Shown here: positions 40,841 through 52,007 of the stretch, piece by piece
Layout of the letters: the number at the start of each line of letters is the position of its first letter
Position numbering within the stretch: the stretch's first letter is position 1
Assembly: GCA_000002445.1 (NCBI GenBank)
Contig: CP000068.1
Location: 544,001 to 608,000, forward strand
Length of the DNA stretch: 64,000 nucleotides
Direction: 5' to 3'
From: Trypanosoma brucei
Lineage: Eukaryota
Translations under genes and position numbers: made by a program
Notes under the pieces: generated by a model
The model's database searches: none
What the model was told of the DNA's origin: nothing
The model's input: only the letters and a program-made list of their open reading frames with translations

Positions 40841-43800
40841 ATGCGGAGTTCCGACTCACATGGTGATCCACGTGTGGCGGATATGTCATCGGAGGGCCCT
40901 GGCTCATCGGGAGGGTCATTACACTTTAGTGGAGTGACAGATATGTTGTTGGGTGGCCTTCAACGGAAGGAAACATCCGCGCCACTCCACCCAACAGATA
41001 TAGATGCAGCACAACCATGTTCGGTCGGTGCCGCATTCGACGCTGTTATGCAAAGTGCATCAGATGAATCTCGAAGCGCAGATATCAATAGTGAGAGAAC
41101 TCGTAAAGTCAAGTCTTCTCAGTTAGTTCAGGACAGTGTGTGTCCGGGCTTCGTCCAGTCGAACGGAGTCACGTCGAGCGCTCATTACTTGGGAGTGAAA
41201 TATCAAGGGGGGTTAGTGCAAGAGTTGCAACAAAGCGGCCGGTCCCAAGAGGAAATGGATTTGTCTTCGTGTGGTCCAAAAGGTATGGAGGGCCAATCCT
41301 TGTCGATGGTGATAGAGGTGTCGAAGCAACGAGAAGGAGTATGGGGTGAATTCGCGGAAATCACATCCTGCAGCGACGCCACACCCCGTCGTGCGTCACC
41401 TGCTGCACAAACCTCCAGTATTCAACCCACACACAGCAGCATATTTTATCCCTACGGATTAGAGCACCTACCACCGGTGCTTTTGCACTACGTGACGTTG
41501 GGCGGTTGGCGAACTGTGGCTGGTGGTTGGGATTACTTCAGCCACAGGCGACTAGGAGACGGGGAGGTCAGTGGTCACACAGTACGTTGGCTCCACAATG
41601 CACGGCCACGTGACCGTTTCGCTTTTATCATCAGTCCCGTGGAGCGCAGGGACAAAACATCGCGGGACACATTACGAAATAAGCTTCGCAAGTATTTCTT
41701 TGGTACGCCGCCTGCATTCGCGGACTGTGGAAGGCAGTCAACTTTTCGGTGTGTACCGAGGGCGGATTGTGAAGAGTCGATGGAAAACTCATCAGCGCTG
41801 CCGCCGCTGCCTTTGCGTGGGCTTTTTCAGAAGAAGATAGGAGGTGCCATGTCAGGCAGTTGTGCGTCTAGCAAAGCGGAGGATCACAGTACAGTCGGTG
41901 TAGAAGTAGTTGAGGTGAAGCATGAAGATGTGACTGCAATGGACTACAACCCGCGCCTGGTTTCCAGTCGCTTTGCTATTGAAGCCAAGGTGGTTAATGT
42001 ATACTTTTTTCCAACATTAGAAGGAGCATTGGAGTACTACAACTGCCCCGGTGATCAGTACCTGATGGATCAGCAGGAGCAACGCGGGATAACGAACGTT
42101 TTACCGTGTGTTGGGGTTAGGCGTCACAAATATGCTGGTTGCACGGGAAGCTGCACAGGCTTAAGCCCTGCGCGTAGCCATGCGTCAGTGAGCACTGCAG
42201 CAGCTCCTCCTGAGATGAGTGCGGGAGAAGGGCGGTGGATACATGCAACACGGCAAGAACCGAGTATGCGCTATGCGGAGCATTCTGCAGCGCTTGATGA
42301 TTGCGGCAGGTGCGACTGCCGACAGCAACAAAATACAACAAATGATTTTCCCCGGGACGACGGGTGGGTGGGGACGTCATTGACACCTCAATGTAGCTTC
42401 GGTACTCGACAAACGAGTCAGCAGACAGTTGTGACGAGCGTGCAAACCGATCCGACAGTCAGCACAGGGGAGGGGAACGTGCTGCATGAAAGCGCGGAGA
42501 AGTTCCACTTCCTTCCTCAAATTGCGCCTACCATTCGGTCTCGTTTAATGCCGGAACTAACCGCTGTGCATTTTGATACAATTGTCACGCTGTATTCGGA
42601 AGACCCAAACTTTAATGCTGTGCTGCGGGAGGTGCTGATGCCTGAGCCCGGGACGCATCCCTACACCGCGTCCCTTAGGGAGCAACGACGCATGCTTGCC
42701 ATGTATGAGTTGGGTATGCCGACGTGGACAGTGTTTCTAGCGTCTACAGGTCTGCCATACAGGCGGGCTCTGCGGTTGACATTTGTAGGTTTGGTAAATA
42801 TATGGCCCATCATTTCTCTGTTTGTTGGACTCTATGATCTTTACAAGCATTTGCCACAAATGAAGAGGTTTTTCTCCTCTACGTTTGAGCCACTTCTGAT
42901 TTGGCTAGAGGAGCATGTTACCGTGCGTGTTTCAATGATGATAACGTACACGGTGTCCGTTTGTGTTACCGTTGCGTCCGCACTCGTCAGTTTTCTGACT
43001 CAGTTCTACCCACTGGAAATTGCGTCCTACCCGTTGAGTATTATAGTTTTTCTGTTAAAGCATCCGTCGCGGCTGTTATTGGATACCCTGTTAGCGTTTG
43101 TTTCGATCGTGGCATCGCTCGTGAAGCTTTTGTGGATTACAGTAAAGATCCTTTTTGCTGGGCCGTTCTTATTGGTGTCGAACTTCGCTTCTTTAGAGAT
43201 TGGCTGCTTCGGTGTTGGTGGGGGCGGCGGCGCGGTTTTCCCCGCTGCTGTGGAGGGCACATCTCTCACGTTGAAGTGGTGGCGTGCTTGGCAGGAGTTT
43301 TGGGTTACTGTTGCCGCTCCCGTGAAGAACCTTGCAAAAGCATGGTACGACAGCATCGTGCACGTTTGTGTCAGCGCTACACGACGTGAGGCATCGATAC
43401 GCCGATGGTACACGGCAAAACTGCACGGTATCACGCTCCTCACGGAAGAAGTCCATGAGGCTGTCGAACCTTCCCTCGTGACGTTGTGGGGACGAACAAG
43501 GGTGTTTGTGATTCCGCTTGTTTGTTTGGTTTGCCTTCTGTATTGGTTCTTTCTACCGTACGTGAGCGCGCTTGTGAGGGAAGAGATCAGCGCACTTACA
43601 AATCTGATGAGTGGAAATATAGGAAGCACGCAGATGGAATATGGTGAAGGTACGGTAAGTATCCCTGGAAGAGCAGAGGAGAAGGCCCCGCTGGAAGTGG
43701 ATAAACGCGAGTGGTCGTCCATGTTTGAGCTGTCGCAGCTTTACAATGGCGATATCTACCATTTGGCTGTTGAGTGCTTAACTGAGTCGAACGCTGGTTG

Positions 43801-43846
43801 GTTCTTGTTGTGGGCAATTGTTGAGACACTAGTCTACAAGTGGTGA
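40841..43846 (+). CDS. Hypothetical protein with several predicted C-terminal transmembrane helices.
   Basis: About 1,000-aa ORF. The track start is a GTG at 40817, and the first ATG is at 40841. Hydrophobic helices in the C-terminal third (ITYTVSVCVTVASALVSFL, LLAFVSIVASLVKLLWITVKILFAGPFLLV, VFVIPLVCLVCLLYWFFL). Confidence 0.5.
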   Translation: MRSSDSHGDPRVADMSSEGPGSSGGSLHFSGVTDMLLGGLQRKETSAPLHPTDIDAAQPCSVGAAFDAVMQSASDESRSADINSERTRKVKSSQLVQDSVCPGFVQSNGVTSSAHYLGVKYQGGLVQELQQSGRSQEEMDLSSCGPKGMEGQSLSMVIEVSKQREGVWGEFAEITSCSDATPRRASPAAQTSSIQPTHSSIFYPYGLEHLPPVLLHYVTLGGWRTVAGGWDYFSHRRLGDGEVSGHTVRWLHNARPRDRFAFIISPVERRDKTSRDTLRNKLRKYFFGTPPAFADCGRQSTFRCVPRADCEESMENSSALPPLPLRGLFQKKIGGAMSGSCASSKAEDHSTVGVEVVEVKHEDVTAMDYNPRLVSSRFAIEAKVVNVYFFPTLEGALEYYNCPGDQYLMDQQEQRGITNVLPCVGVRRHKYAGCTGSCTGLSPARSHASVSTAAAPPEMSAGEGRWIHATRQEPSMRYAEHSAALDDCGRCDCRQQQNTTNDFPRDDGWVGTSLTPQCSFGTRQTSQQTVVTSVQTDPTVSTGEGNVLHESAEKFHFLPQIAPTIRSRLMPELTAVHFDTIVTLYSEDPNFNAVLREVLMPEPGTHPYTASLREQRRMLAMYELGMPTWTVFLASTGLPYRRALRLTFVGLVNIWPIISLFVGLYDLYKHLPQMKRFFSSTFEPLLIWLEEHVTVRVSMMITYTVSVCVTVASALVSFLTQFYPLEIASYPLSIIVFLLKHPSRLLLDTLLAFVSIVASLVKLLWITVKILFAGPFLLVSNFASLEIGCFGVGGGGGAVFPAAVEGTSLTLKWWRAWQEFWVTVAAPVKNLAKAWYDSIVHVCVSATRREASIRRWYTAKLHGITLLTEEVHEAVEPSLVTLWGRTRVFVIPLVCLVCLLYWFFLPYVSALVREEISALTNLMSGNIGSTQMEYGEGTVSIPGRAEEKAPLEVDKREWSSMFELSQLYNGDIYHLAVECLTESNAGWFLLWAIVETLVYKW

Positions 43847-44123
43847 ACTGTGCATGCAGCACGAGTGTTTAGTAGCGTCTGTGGATGTGGCGCCCTGTGT
43901 ATATTTTCTGCTGCCGCAATTTCCCCCTTTCTTATCCCGCAGCGCAACATTATTTCTTCACTGAGTCAGTGAGGAGTGAGCAGTGTTATCATTGCGCAGT
44001 GATGAAAGCGTGTGCATTGCATATGTTGGGGGTGCGAACGACTTCACCGATGGGTATCAAGGAAGGGACGCCGGGGCAGCTTCCGAATAGGGGGAAACGG
44101 AAATTAAAGTGCCTCAGTAATGA

Positions 44124-44126
<3 letters not shown>

Positions 44127-44166
<40 letters not shown>
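44127..44166. repeat. (CA)20 microsatellite.
   Basis: A 40-bp perfect CA repeat in the 1.36 kb intergenic region downstream of the 40841 gene. Confidence 0.95.
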
Positions 44167-44168
<2 letters not shown>

Positions 44169-45099
44169 TCTTTCGTTTCTTGTCGCATTTGTCTTGTGAT
44201 GTGCTCCGCAAACTCATTAAGTTGTCATTGTGTTGATCTGTCATGTTTCCACCATCCCTCTGCCGCACATCAATGTCGTGTATGGTTACATCTGTAGCGT
44301 AAGAATCACAGTTTAACTCTAGGGAAGAGAGAATATGTGTAAGACCGACCGAACGCGAAGATATGAGGGTGTAAACGTTAGAAACGACTGAAAGGGAAGA
44401 TCTGCTCCTCAAAGGTGGTGAGGTTGGAAAGAAGTGAACCGTATCATGTGTAAATATGTGTTGCTGTGATTTTCACGCTCGAGCGTAAACGTCTGCGTGC
44501 GCGGTTCAGTGAGGAATGGGTCTGCTGTGCCCATTCAGCCTGTATTATTCCTCTTTCCCATTCCTTTCATTTCCCATCCGTGTTAAGTTTGTGGCCATTA
44601 CTTTGAACAGGCATGGATGATGCGGGGTATGGAAGGAAAAAGGGGTGTACGCCCTGCTGCAATGCGCACGGGACATTTAAGGGAGTGCGGCTGGGTGTTG
44701 ATGCAGCAAGAATATGTCACTTCGTTGTTCGTCACCTTTGCCTCTTTTTTGTTCACTTATGTGCACGTGTTTTTTCCCTCTTTCGTTTGATTACTTTAAT
44801 AATTTCGACTTGCTGTAGGACAACGTTTCTCACACTATCCATTCAGAACTTGCAGTTATCGCCTTCACAAAAGTAATGTGCGGAGCACTTAAACTGTGTG
44901 CATAGCAGTTAATGTATAATGACAACCTTTACTATCACCCGCGTTGTCGCTGCTTGTATTATCTGTTGTTTATTTATTTTTTTCTCTATGATGGAGAGGT
45001 ACTTTCGCGATTTTTTCCCCCTTCGCAATGGTCTCTTCGCGTCTATTCGTGCCAATGGGGATCCCTTTTGTTTCTCTTCTCCACTGCTTTGTTAATCCT

Positions 45100-45204
45100 T
45101 TTCTGTGTGTGTGTGTGTGCACATGTCATTTCCTGCTGTTCCCTCCTCCCACTTTTGCTCTCCGTCTCTCACCTTTTTTTTCCTTATTATTCTACTTTCC
45201 TGCT
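45100..45204 (+). promoter_or_regulatory. Polypyrimidine tract immediately upstream of the coiled-coil gene ATG at 45205.
   Basis: ttcctgctgttccctcctcccacttttgctctccgtctctcaccttttttttccttattattctactttcctgct. Confidence 0.55.
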
Positions 45205-47076
45205 ATGGCGAGAGTAGTAGGTGGCAAAAAGGGTAAAGGGCAAATGCACGAAGAGGACCCCGAAGTGGCCAAGTATAAGCAGAGCGTTATCGATGTGGGG
45301 CAACGAACACAGTTGGAGCTCCTGCAGGCAGAAGTGCGGCACAACAAAGAATGTCTCACAGCTTTGCGCCTGGAAAATAAACGACTTAATGTAATTCTTC
45401 AGCAGGCGCAGCGGGGTCAGCGACGCGGTGTAGAGATCGATCCGCTGCGCCGTGAGGAGGAGCAACTGCATAACAAACTTTGCTTGCTGAAGCGCAGCCT
45501 CAACAGTGTGCACGGAAAGAAAGAGGAGCTCACCAAAGAGATTGCGCGGACTGTAGAGGAGACGGGATATATTCTCCAGGAGGGAAAGTTCACAACGGAC
45601 AACTCCGCCATGGGCCAAAAGATTCGTGGCCTTGAGAACCGTTTGGACAAGTGCCTCATTAAGCACAACGAGGTGAATGCCATTCGCCGCACATACGAGG
45701 CGCTTTTGGAGCGGTTACAGCAAGAGCAGGCGGGATTTGATACTCAGCTCGCAGCAATGGAAAAAACGTTGCAGAACAAAGAGAAGGATCTCTGCGATCT
45801 CAACACAGTAGCAGCCGAGGCATCGAACGGAAGGGATGCGGCTAAGGCAGAGGTGCTGCGGCTGAAGGCACAACTTACGCGGGAGCGCCGGGCACAAAAT
45901 AAGGATCTGGAGGAGAGGCGGGCATTTGTGATGACGAAACAAAAACAGTTGGACCGCAAGGCGCAGCGGTTAAAGGATAAAATTGAAAGGGATGAGGAGC
46001 GTCGTGCTGGTCAGCACATGGCCGGTGGGAACCAACAAAAGAAAGTCTCTCGGGTGACCACACAGAAGCCAGAAAGGAGGGAGGATGTAGAGCAACAGCA
46101 GCAGCTGCGTGAGGCTTACAATAAACTCAAAGAGGTCACTATGAGTAACACAGTGGATGAAGTCATCTCAAAACTACAGGAGCGCCAGGATGCGAACGCC
46201 CAGCTAATGCAGACGGCGGAAGAGGCGGAGGAAGCAGATGCCATGCTAAAGGAGGAGCGAAGCCAACTTATGGAGGAGTGGGAGAAATTACAACAGCAGA
46301 ATGTTGTTCACAGGAGTGTGTTGAAGGGCGAAAACCAAAAGCCGCCGGCGACGGAAGAACGCACCACTGGGGGCGCGAACTCTGTCGCGAATGTTGCCGA
46401 GCAGCGCGCACTTGTGCGCCGCCGTGTGCTGGAAGAGTTTGAATCGTACCTCAACGATCGGAAGAACGAGCTTAATGTGGCGCAGCGCGTACAAGAGGGA
46501 CTTGGGCAGCTGCTGATGGATCTTGGCGCTGGCGTGCAGCGTCTAGCAGACACCGTGGCTTGTGCCACGATCAATGTCATGTCCGCTTCTACACACGTGT
46601 CGATGTTTGATGAGGTGTGTGAAGATGAATTAGCCTTCTGTAATGCACGCGGTGACTCAATCGTTAGCGTATTGAACTCGACGGCAGCAAAGCTGGAAAA
46701 TATGTTAGAGCTTGTGGATGTGGAGGATGTGGCATCGGTGGCGACGTCCATTTATAACTGGCGTTATTCTCTTCCTCCAACAAACGTATGCATTCGTCTC
46801 GAAACCTCCGCCACACCGGCAGATGGCGGGAGCGGTGAGTTGGGCAGTGATCACTCGGATTCCGGTGGTGTGAGCGGTAAAGGACGCCGCACTTCGGCGG
46901 ATGAAATGCCCGTCGGCTGCCGAAGATGGTTTGGACCAGCTCCTACCGACGATTTCCCAGAAAATGAAATTCACGATCGTCATGAGCTGAAGCAGATGTC
47001 CATCGCAACCGTAGAGAGGGAGCGGAAGAAAGCGCGGAAGCTGCAGCAGCAGCGAGTGAAGGATGAAACCATATGA
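45205..47076 (+). CDS. Coiled-coil protein (about 620 aa).
   Basis: The ORF track starts at 45028 inside a polypyrimidine tract. The first ATG after the tract is at 45205 (MARVVGGKKGKG). Heptad-rich E/K/R/L/Q sequence throughout. Confidence 0.55.
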   Translation: MARVVGGKKGKGQMHEEDPEVAKYKQSVIDVGQRTQLELLQAEVRHNKECLTALRLENKRLNVILQQAQRGQRRGVEIDPLRREEEQLHNKLCLLKRSLNSVHGKKEELTKEIARTVEETGYILQEGKFTTDNSAMGQKIRGLENRLDKCLIKHNEVNAIRRTYEALLERLQQEQAGFDTQLAAMEKTLQNKEKDLCDLNTVAAEASNGRDAAKAEVLRLKAQLTRERRAQNKDLEERRAFVMTKQKQLDRKAQRLKDKIERDEERRAGQHMAGGNQQKKVSRVTTQKPERREDVEQQQQLREAYNKLKEVTMSNTVDEVISKLQERQDANAQLMQTAEEAEEADAMLKEERSQLMEEWEKLQQQNVVHRSVLKGENQKPPATEERTTGGANSVANVAEQRALVRRRVLEEFESYLNDRKNELNVAQRVQEGLGQLLMDLGAGVQRLADTVACATINVMSASTHVSMFDEVCEDELAFCNARGDSIVSVLNSTAAKLENMLELVDVEDVASVATSIYNWRYSLPPTNVCIRLETSATPADGGSGELGSDHSDSGGVSGKGRRTSADEMPVGCRRWFGPAPTDDFPENEIHDRHELKQMSIATVERERKKARKLQQQRVKDETI

Positions 47077-47820
47077 GGTAGCGGACTGGGTGATTTTTGA
47101 TAGTGGTGAACTGAGCCCACTTTTTTAATTATTTTTCCTCACTGTTGTTAGCGTGTGTGTTGAGGGAAAGGGGGGGGAGGTGATGTTGTGGTAAATGACG
47201 GAGTACTTTCACGCCTGGTAGAGGTTGTGGAAGGATGGTGCGGTAGGGGGAGGGGCCCTCTGCCTGCCCAATGTAAAGGAGTGGATGGAAGGAGGTAAAC
47301 GGCAGGAAGACAGAGGTAAAGGAAAGGGATTGAAGAGAAAGGGGACGTGATCACATAAAAGCAAAATTAGAAGTAGGGACCAGCTTGGCAGACTGCGCGA
47401 AGAGAGCACCATGTGCATACCAAACAAACTGAAGCAAACAAGAACCCGAACAGGTTATATAAATTTGGTGATTTGGTTTCTCTTGTTTGGCGGGCTGGCT
47501 TGTTGCTTCTCACCGCTTTGTAGTTGTGCTTGAGAGGCTTGTGAAATTCCTCTCGCTAGTTTTCACCTCCACGCCTTACATGTATTTGTTCCCTTTTATT
47601 TTGTCACTTCCATTCAACTCGTTAAACGGTACACCCGTCTGTATATGTATATGTATATATATACACAGGTACTGTTTAGGGAAACAGAACGATTGATGTT
47701 TATTGATGCCCTGCTGCGGCTGCGATTGCAGAACTCAAAGACAAAAAGATATTGAAAAGAGGAAAGGACTCGAGGCGAAATGTTGGCTTCACGTTGCCAC
47801 CCTCGCCTTCGTGTGAAAAT

Positions 47821-47925
47821 AATTCTCTGTGTGTTGGCCTGCTTTTTCCAATTTCTTCCATGATTTTCTTTTTCTCACGTTCTGTTTTTCCTTTTGTTTC
47901 TGCTTGAATATCACCGCTAACCCAC
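47821..47925 (+). promoter_or_regulatory. Polypyrimidine tract upstream of the ATG at 47955.
   Basis: ttctctgtgtgttggcctgctttttccaatttcttccatgattttctttttctcacgttctgtttttccttttgtttctgc. Confidence 0.5.
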
Positions 47926-47954
47926 AAGGCAGTTGTTTATCCAATTGTTACCTC

Positions 47955-50900
47955 ATGGAGAATCTCTCTGATGAGGATAAATCCATCGGAGCCTTTGGTA
48001 CCAGACCTGGCACCCACCGACGGAAAAGACGTTACCGCCATTCGTATGCGGAATCCGACCTCTCGCGGCGAATGTATTTACTTGCAGCTTCCTTGTCTAT
48101 CGAACCGAATCTATTGCGCCACTATGTCGCCAGCGTGCGTGGCGGGGTAGTCCGGGGTCGGCGTGTAGTAGATACGGATAAGGATTCAATTAGTGAAGAG
48201 GGGTTGCTAGTTCCTACAGTTGATGTTTTTCAGCAGTCCGTATGCTCGCCGCTGTCGAGCGAAGCGGCGCCTTGTACAGGGGATGCGATCGAGCAGAACA
48301 TTCCGTCAGAACTCCAGGCAATACTTGAGGCGCTGGTCCTGCCTTTTGCAAAGAGGCAGTCGAATTTTAGAAGTCCCACGAGAAGGAAAGGTCCCTCTTC
48401 CGTACCAGTGTCAACCAATAAGTTGCTACTCAGGAAAAATAGGAAGGTGTCAAGTTTACATTGGGAAGTGACCGGGGGGACGTCCACTAAGAAAAATGGG
48501 AGTCATGCTGGAAGTTGGGGATGGGGTTCATTCATGAAGTCAGATGTAAGAGCATCAACAGCAAGCCGCAACCCACTCAGTTGCTCAGACCATGACGGTC
48601 TCGAATCAGCGTGTTATGAGGATAGGAGGGGAGATATCCGTAGTTCTAGCGCCACTATGATCAGCACGTGTAGCAGTTTTAGTAGCAGTTTCTCTTCCTC
48701 CTGTAGCCAGGGGAGCTACGTGCGTGAGGAAGAAGAAATATCGAACGGAGCATTTCCACTTTTGCTTGGGGAAGAAGGGGAACCTCAAAGTATTGACCCT
48801 CTCCCGTTCGATACGGCAGCGGAGGCAGAAATGCCGGTACCGAGGCGTCGTTGTAACAACGCAATCGAAGGGGACAACAGTTCCAACATGTGCCACGCCA
48901 CAGAAAAGCTTTTAGAGGAGTTGGTGAGGCCTCTTCTTCTGGCTCGAGAAAATTTGCGGCCACCTACCATTTCAAGTGGTGATGGCAACGCGAATAAGGC
49001 GGCTTATTTGGGACAGTGCATGCAGCTTCTGCCGCAGGAACTGCGCACCACAGCGGGGGTGACCCGACTATGCAGTCTGTACCCTCCATTCGCCTCATTG
49101 CTCCTCGAAGCATTCGTCAAGGAGAGTGCACAGAGATGTTCAATGAGTGCGATTACTCGCATCGTTGTCTCGCGTCTTACAGAACTTGTGGCTCCTGTTC
49201 TTCTTTCGCAACGGATGCGGCCGCGTAGCGATGACTGCGTCGACGTGGCGAAAACACCTGAGAAAGTGACCGGGGTACCCCAAAGCGAGACTTACCACAC
49301 CATGGCGATTCGTGCGCAACAATCTCTAGCAAGAACAATACTGTCCCTTGTTGGTATGCTTGATGACTCTTTGTGGACACTCACACTCTGCGGTATCCTC
49401 ATCCGATTGCAGCTGGTGAGCCCCACGGAGCTTTACCCTATACTTCACCGCCACGCACATGAGCTCTCCAAATTACCTCAGCAGTGGACACACGAAGTTG
49501 CACTTGCTTACTGCATTGTTACATACGAGGGATTGAAATGGGCGGCGTTGGCGGAAGAGGAGAGGTGTAATAATAAAAAAACATTCAAACAGGAAGAGAG
49601 TCTGTTGTCAGTTGGCAAGGAAGAGGGAGCACAACGTGCAACTCAGGACGGTGAGTCGGAGGTGATATCACAGATCAGTATCACACAAATTTTCATTGAA
49701 GACACGTTTGGCAGGACATCGGGCATCCCGAATGCGCGAGGCGGCGAACACAAGGAGATTGAAGAGCACGACTTGACAAATGTCTTTGAGATGATGGTGA
49801 GCTCTATGAAAGGCCAGAACATAAATTATACACAAGGCGAAGGAGGAGGCATCACTCCTCCCATTAATGCTCCATCTCCCTCCGCCGAAACGGCGTTGGC
49901 CGTGCCCCATCAACCACACGATGTTCAAAACAGCGGAAACAGTAAATCTAATTCGGTTGCTACTAATGAGGTTCAGTGGAACTTCCCAGAGAAGGTTCCC
50001 ACAGAAGTGTCGGTCCCCGTGGCTACTGTTATGACTTGCATGATGTTATGCGCCGGACCGCAGAGCGAACGAACTGTCGTAAAACTTGGGCAGTGGTGTC
50101 TTCGCTGCCTGATTGTCTTGCGTGCTGCACCGTGCGCAGTGGGGCTTACACATATCATGTTGAAGTACCCGCATATTTTGCAGAAGGCAGTAGTTCATTC
50201 AGTATTTCTTGAGCAAAACATTAACTATGTCTCGGCCTTGTTAACGGCAACCAATTCATTCAACACATCAAACGTTGGATCAAATGAAGGTGGTAACAGT
50301 AAGGGCGCCAACTCGAAGGCAACGGTTTCGTTTTGCGAGGCTGTACTCATGGAGGGTTGCCGCCTGGCTGATGCGGCACTACAGGAACAGTCACGAGTAC
50401 TCGCAGCTGGCCACCTGCGCTTTGTGTGGGACAATAGCGCACAAGCAAATGGCGCGTTCGTTGGCAAATTACATCCCTTGTTGTACGAGCTACAGGAGGT
50501 TCAATGCTACTTGCTCATGGTACTTCAGGCGCTGATAGTGCTGCGCACGGCCTCTCTCTGCAATGAGGCACAAGAGCAGTTGGCCAATTTGTTCGTAACT
50601 AGTGCTCGCCTGCGTGTGGCCACGGCAACCACAGGGGCAAATAACACGACCGCGCCCGCGGATCGAGGAGTTGGTGACAGTTGTGAAGAGAGTAGCTTGG
50701 TCTCAAGTCAGTTCGTGCAACTCGTAGACGAAGTGTTTCGCACAGTAGCGTGCGCTGCTGACGTTTTCCTGCATTTTTCTACTGGTTGTCCACGGCGGTT
50801 CTGCGAGTCCCTTGGGCCTTTGTCAGAACCTCAAAACACATTGTTTGATGAACTTCGGCGCAGTGGGGCATGGGATGCACACGTTGAGTATCTTGAGACT

Positions 50901-51458
50901 GTACAAGCTGCAGCAACCGCGTACTCCGTTTTACCACCTTCCCCTCTCATATCACATCCCTCAAAAACCAATGATAAGGGCGCAGAGGCGTCACATGCCG
51001 CCACGACTTCGTCAAGTGAACCACATGGTGAGGTGGCATGTGACTCGACGCATATGACGCCTTTGACGGTACGAGAGATGATTGCGCATACTGAAGCGGT
51101 GGTGGGGGACGCAGTTTCTCAACAGGATGGGGGTGAAGGTGAGACGCCACTAGTGGCTGGGAGGCTACCGTGTTCTGGCGAGCCCTTTAGTTTCTCGGAA
51201 GCAGTGGAAGAATGCAGTAATGGTAGCGCTGCCGGCGTTGGAGGTCTTACTGCAAGACAGAAGCATTGGTGGCTGCGGCGCATGATTGTATATTTTATGG
51301 AGCGGTGGTGGCATTGCCGGGGTGGTGTGCAGGTGGTTTTTCCGTTTGCCTCTTCGTTAGTTGGGTATGACAACCTCGGGTCAAACGCTGACAACCTTAA
51401 GTTGCTAAGCGGTGTCGCTGAGAGAAGTTTCCTTCAGTGCTGTGCCCAATCCTTCTGA
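47955..51458 (+). CDS. Large hypothetical protein (about 1,167 aa).
   Basis: The track start at 47829 is a GTG inside a polypyrimidine tract, and the first ATG is at 47955 (MENLSDEDKS). A long GC-rich ORF with no recognised domains. Confidence 0.5.
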   Translation: MENLSDEDKSIGAFGTRPGTHRRKRRYRHSYAESDLSRRMYLLAASLSIEPNLLRHYVASVRGGVVRGRRVVDTDKDSISEEGLLVPTVDVFQQSVCSPLSSEAAPCTGDAIEQNIPSELQAILEALVLPFAKRQSNFRSPTRRKGPSSVPVSTNKLLLRKNRKVSSLHWEVTGGTSTKKNGSHAGSWGWGSFMKSDVRASTASRNPLSCSDHDGLESACYEDRRGDIRSSSATMISTCSSFSSSFSSSCSQGSYVREEEEISNGAFPLLLGEEGEPQSIDPLPFDTAAEAEMPVPRRRCNNAIEGDNSSNMCHATEKLLEELVRPLLLARENLRPPTISSGDGNANKAAYLGQCMQLLPQELRTTAGVTRLCSLYPPFASLLLEAFVKESAQRCSMSAITRIVVSRLTELVAPVLLSQRMRPRSDDCVDVAKTPEKVTGVPQSETYHTMAIRAQQSLARTILSLVGMLDDSLWTLTLCGILIRLQLVSPTELYPILHRHAHELSKLPQQWTHEVALAYCIVTYEGLKWAALAEEERCNNKKTFKQEESLLSVGKEEGAQRATQDGESEVISQISITQIFIEDTFGRTSGIPNARGGEHKEIEEHDLTNVFEMMVSSMKGQNINYTQGEGGGITPPINAPSPSAETALAVPHQPHDVQNSGNSKSNSVATNEVQWNFPEKVPTEVSVPVATVMTCMMLCAGPQSERTVVKLGQWCLRCLIVLRAAPCAVGLTHIMLKYPHILQKAVVHSVFLEQNINYVSALLTATNSFNTSNVGSNEGGNSKGANSKATVSFCEAVLMEGCRLADAALQEQSRVLAAGHLRFVWDNSAQANGAFVGKLHPLLYELQEVQCYLLMVLQALIVLRTASLCNEAQEQLANLFVTSARLRVATATTGANNTTAPADRGVGDSCEESSLVSSQFVQLVDEVFRTVACAADVFLHFSTGCPRRFCESLGPLSEPQNTLFDELRRSGAWDAHVEYLETVQAAATAYSVLPPSPLISHPSKTNDKGAEASHAATTSSSEPHGEVACDSTHMTPLTVREMIAHTEAVVGDAVSQQDGGEGETPLVAGRLPCSGEPFSFSEAVEECSNGSAAGVGGLTARQKHWWLRRMIVYFMERWWHCRGGVQVVFPFASSLVGYDNLGSNADNLKLLSGVAERSFLQCCAQSF

Positions 51459-52007
51459 TCGTCGCCTTTCTGTTCACTTCGTTAAACCCAGTGCGTGTGT
51501 GTGTTTGTGCACCTTCACTCTGGACTACGAGCAACTCGGTGGAAAGGCGAAGTAAGGAAGGGGGACAGGGTATTACAGTTGATTTCGATGCAAACACACC
51601 CCTTAAAATCGAACAAAAAAGTGCCATTTTGCCCCTTCCAAGGCAAAGGTGAGGGCCAGGACAAAGTACAGAGGGGTGCGTACACGTAATTGTACAACAC
51701 ATGAAGATCGTGTACGCTCATGTTGCTGACATGTTGATTGGTATTCACCCCTCGGTGCGGCTGTGCGTGTGGCCAAGTTTTTGTGCTTCATATCGTACCC
51801 CCCCCCCTACCTCCCGCATTTTCCCCTCTTTACTTTTTGCTTCCCCTAATCCGGGTGCTGAGTTACACTCGGTACTTTAGCCGCATCTCAAGGGTTCAGC
51901 AGCGGCATTGAAAGAAAAAAAAAGAAAGGTAACCACTGTTATCGAGAACTAGTGGTGCAAGTGATTGACCACCTTCATTTGGCGTCGTGGCGTATGTTAA
52001 CAGCGCT

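Noticed and set aside
43027-43722. Minus-strand 231-aa ORF.
   Set aside because: It is antisense to the C-terminal multi-TM region of the 40841..43846 gene, so it is a shadow ORF.
43885-44199. 104-aa + strand ORF containing THTHTHTHTHTH.
   Set aside because: It is read through the (CA)20 microsatellite and is a translation artefact of a dinucleotide repeat.
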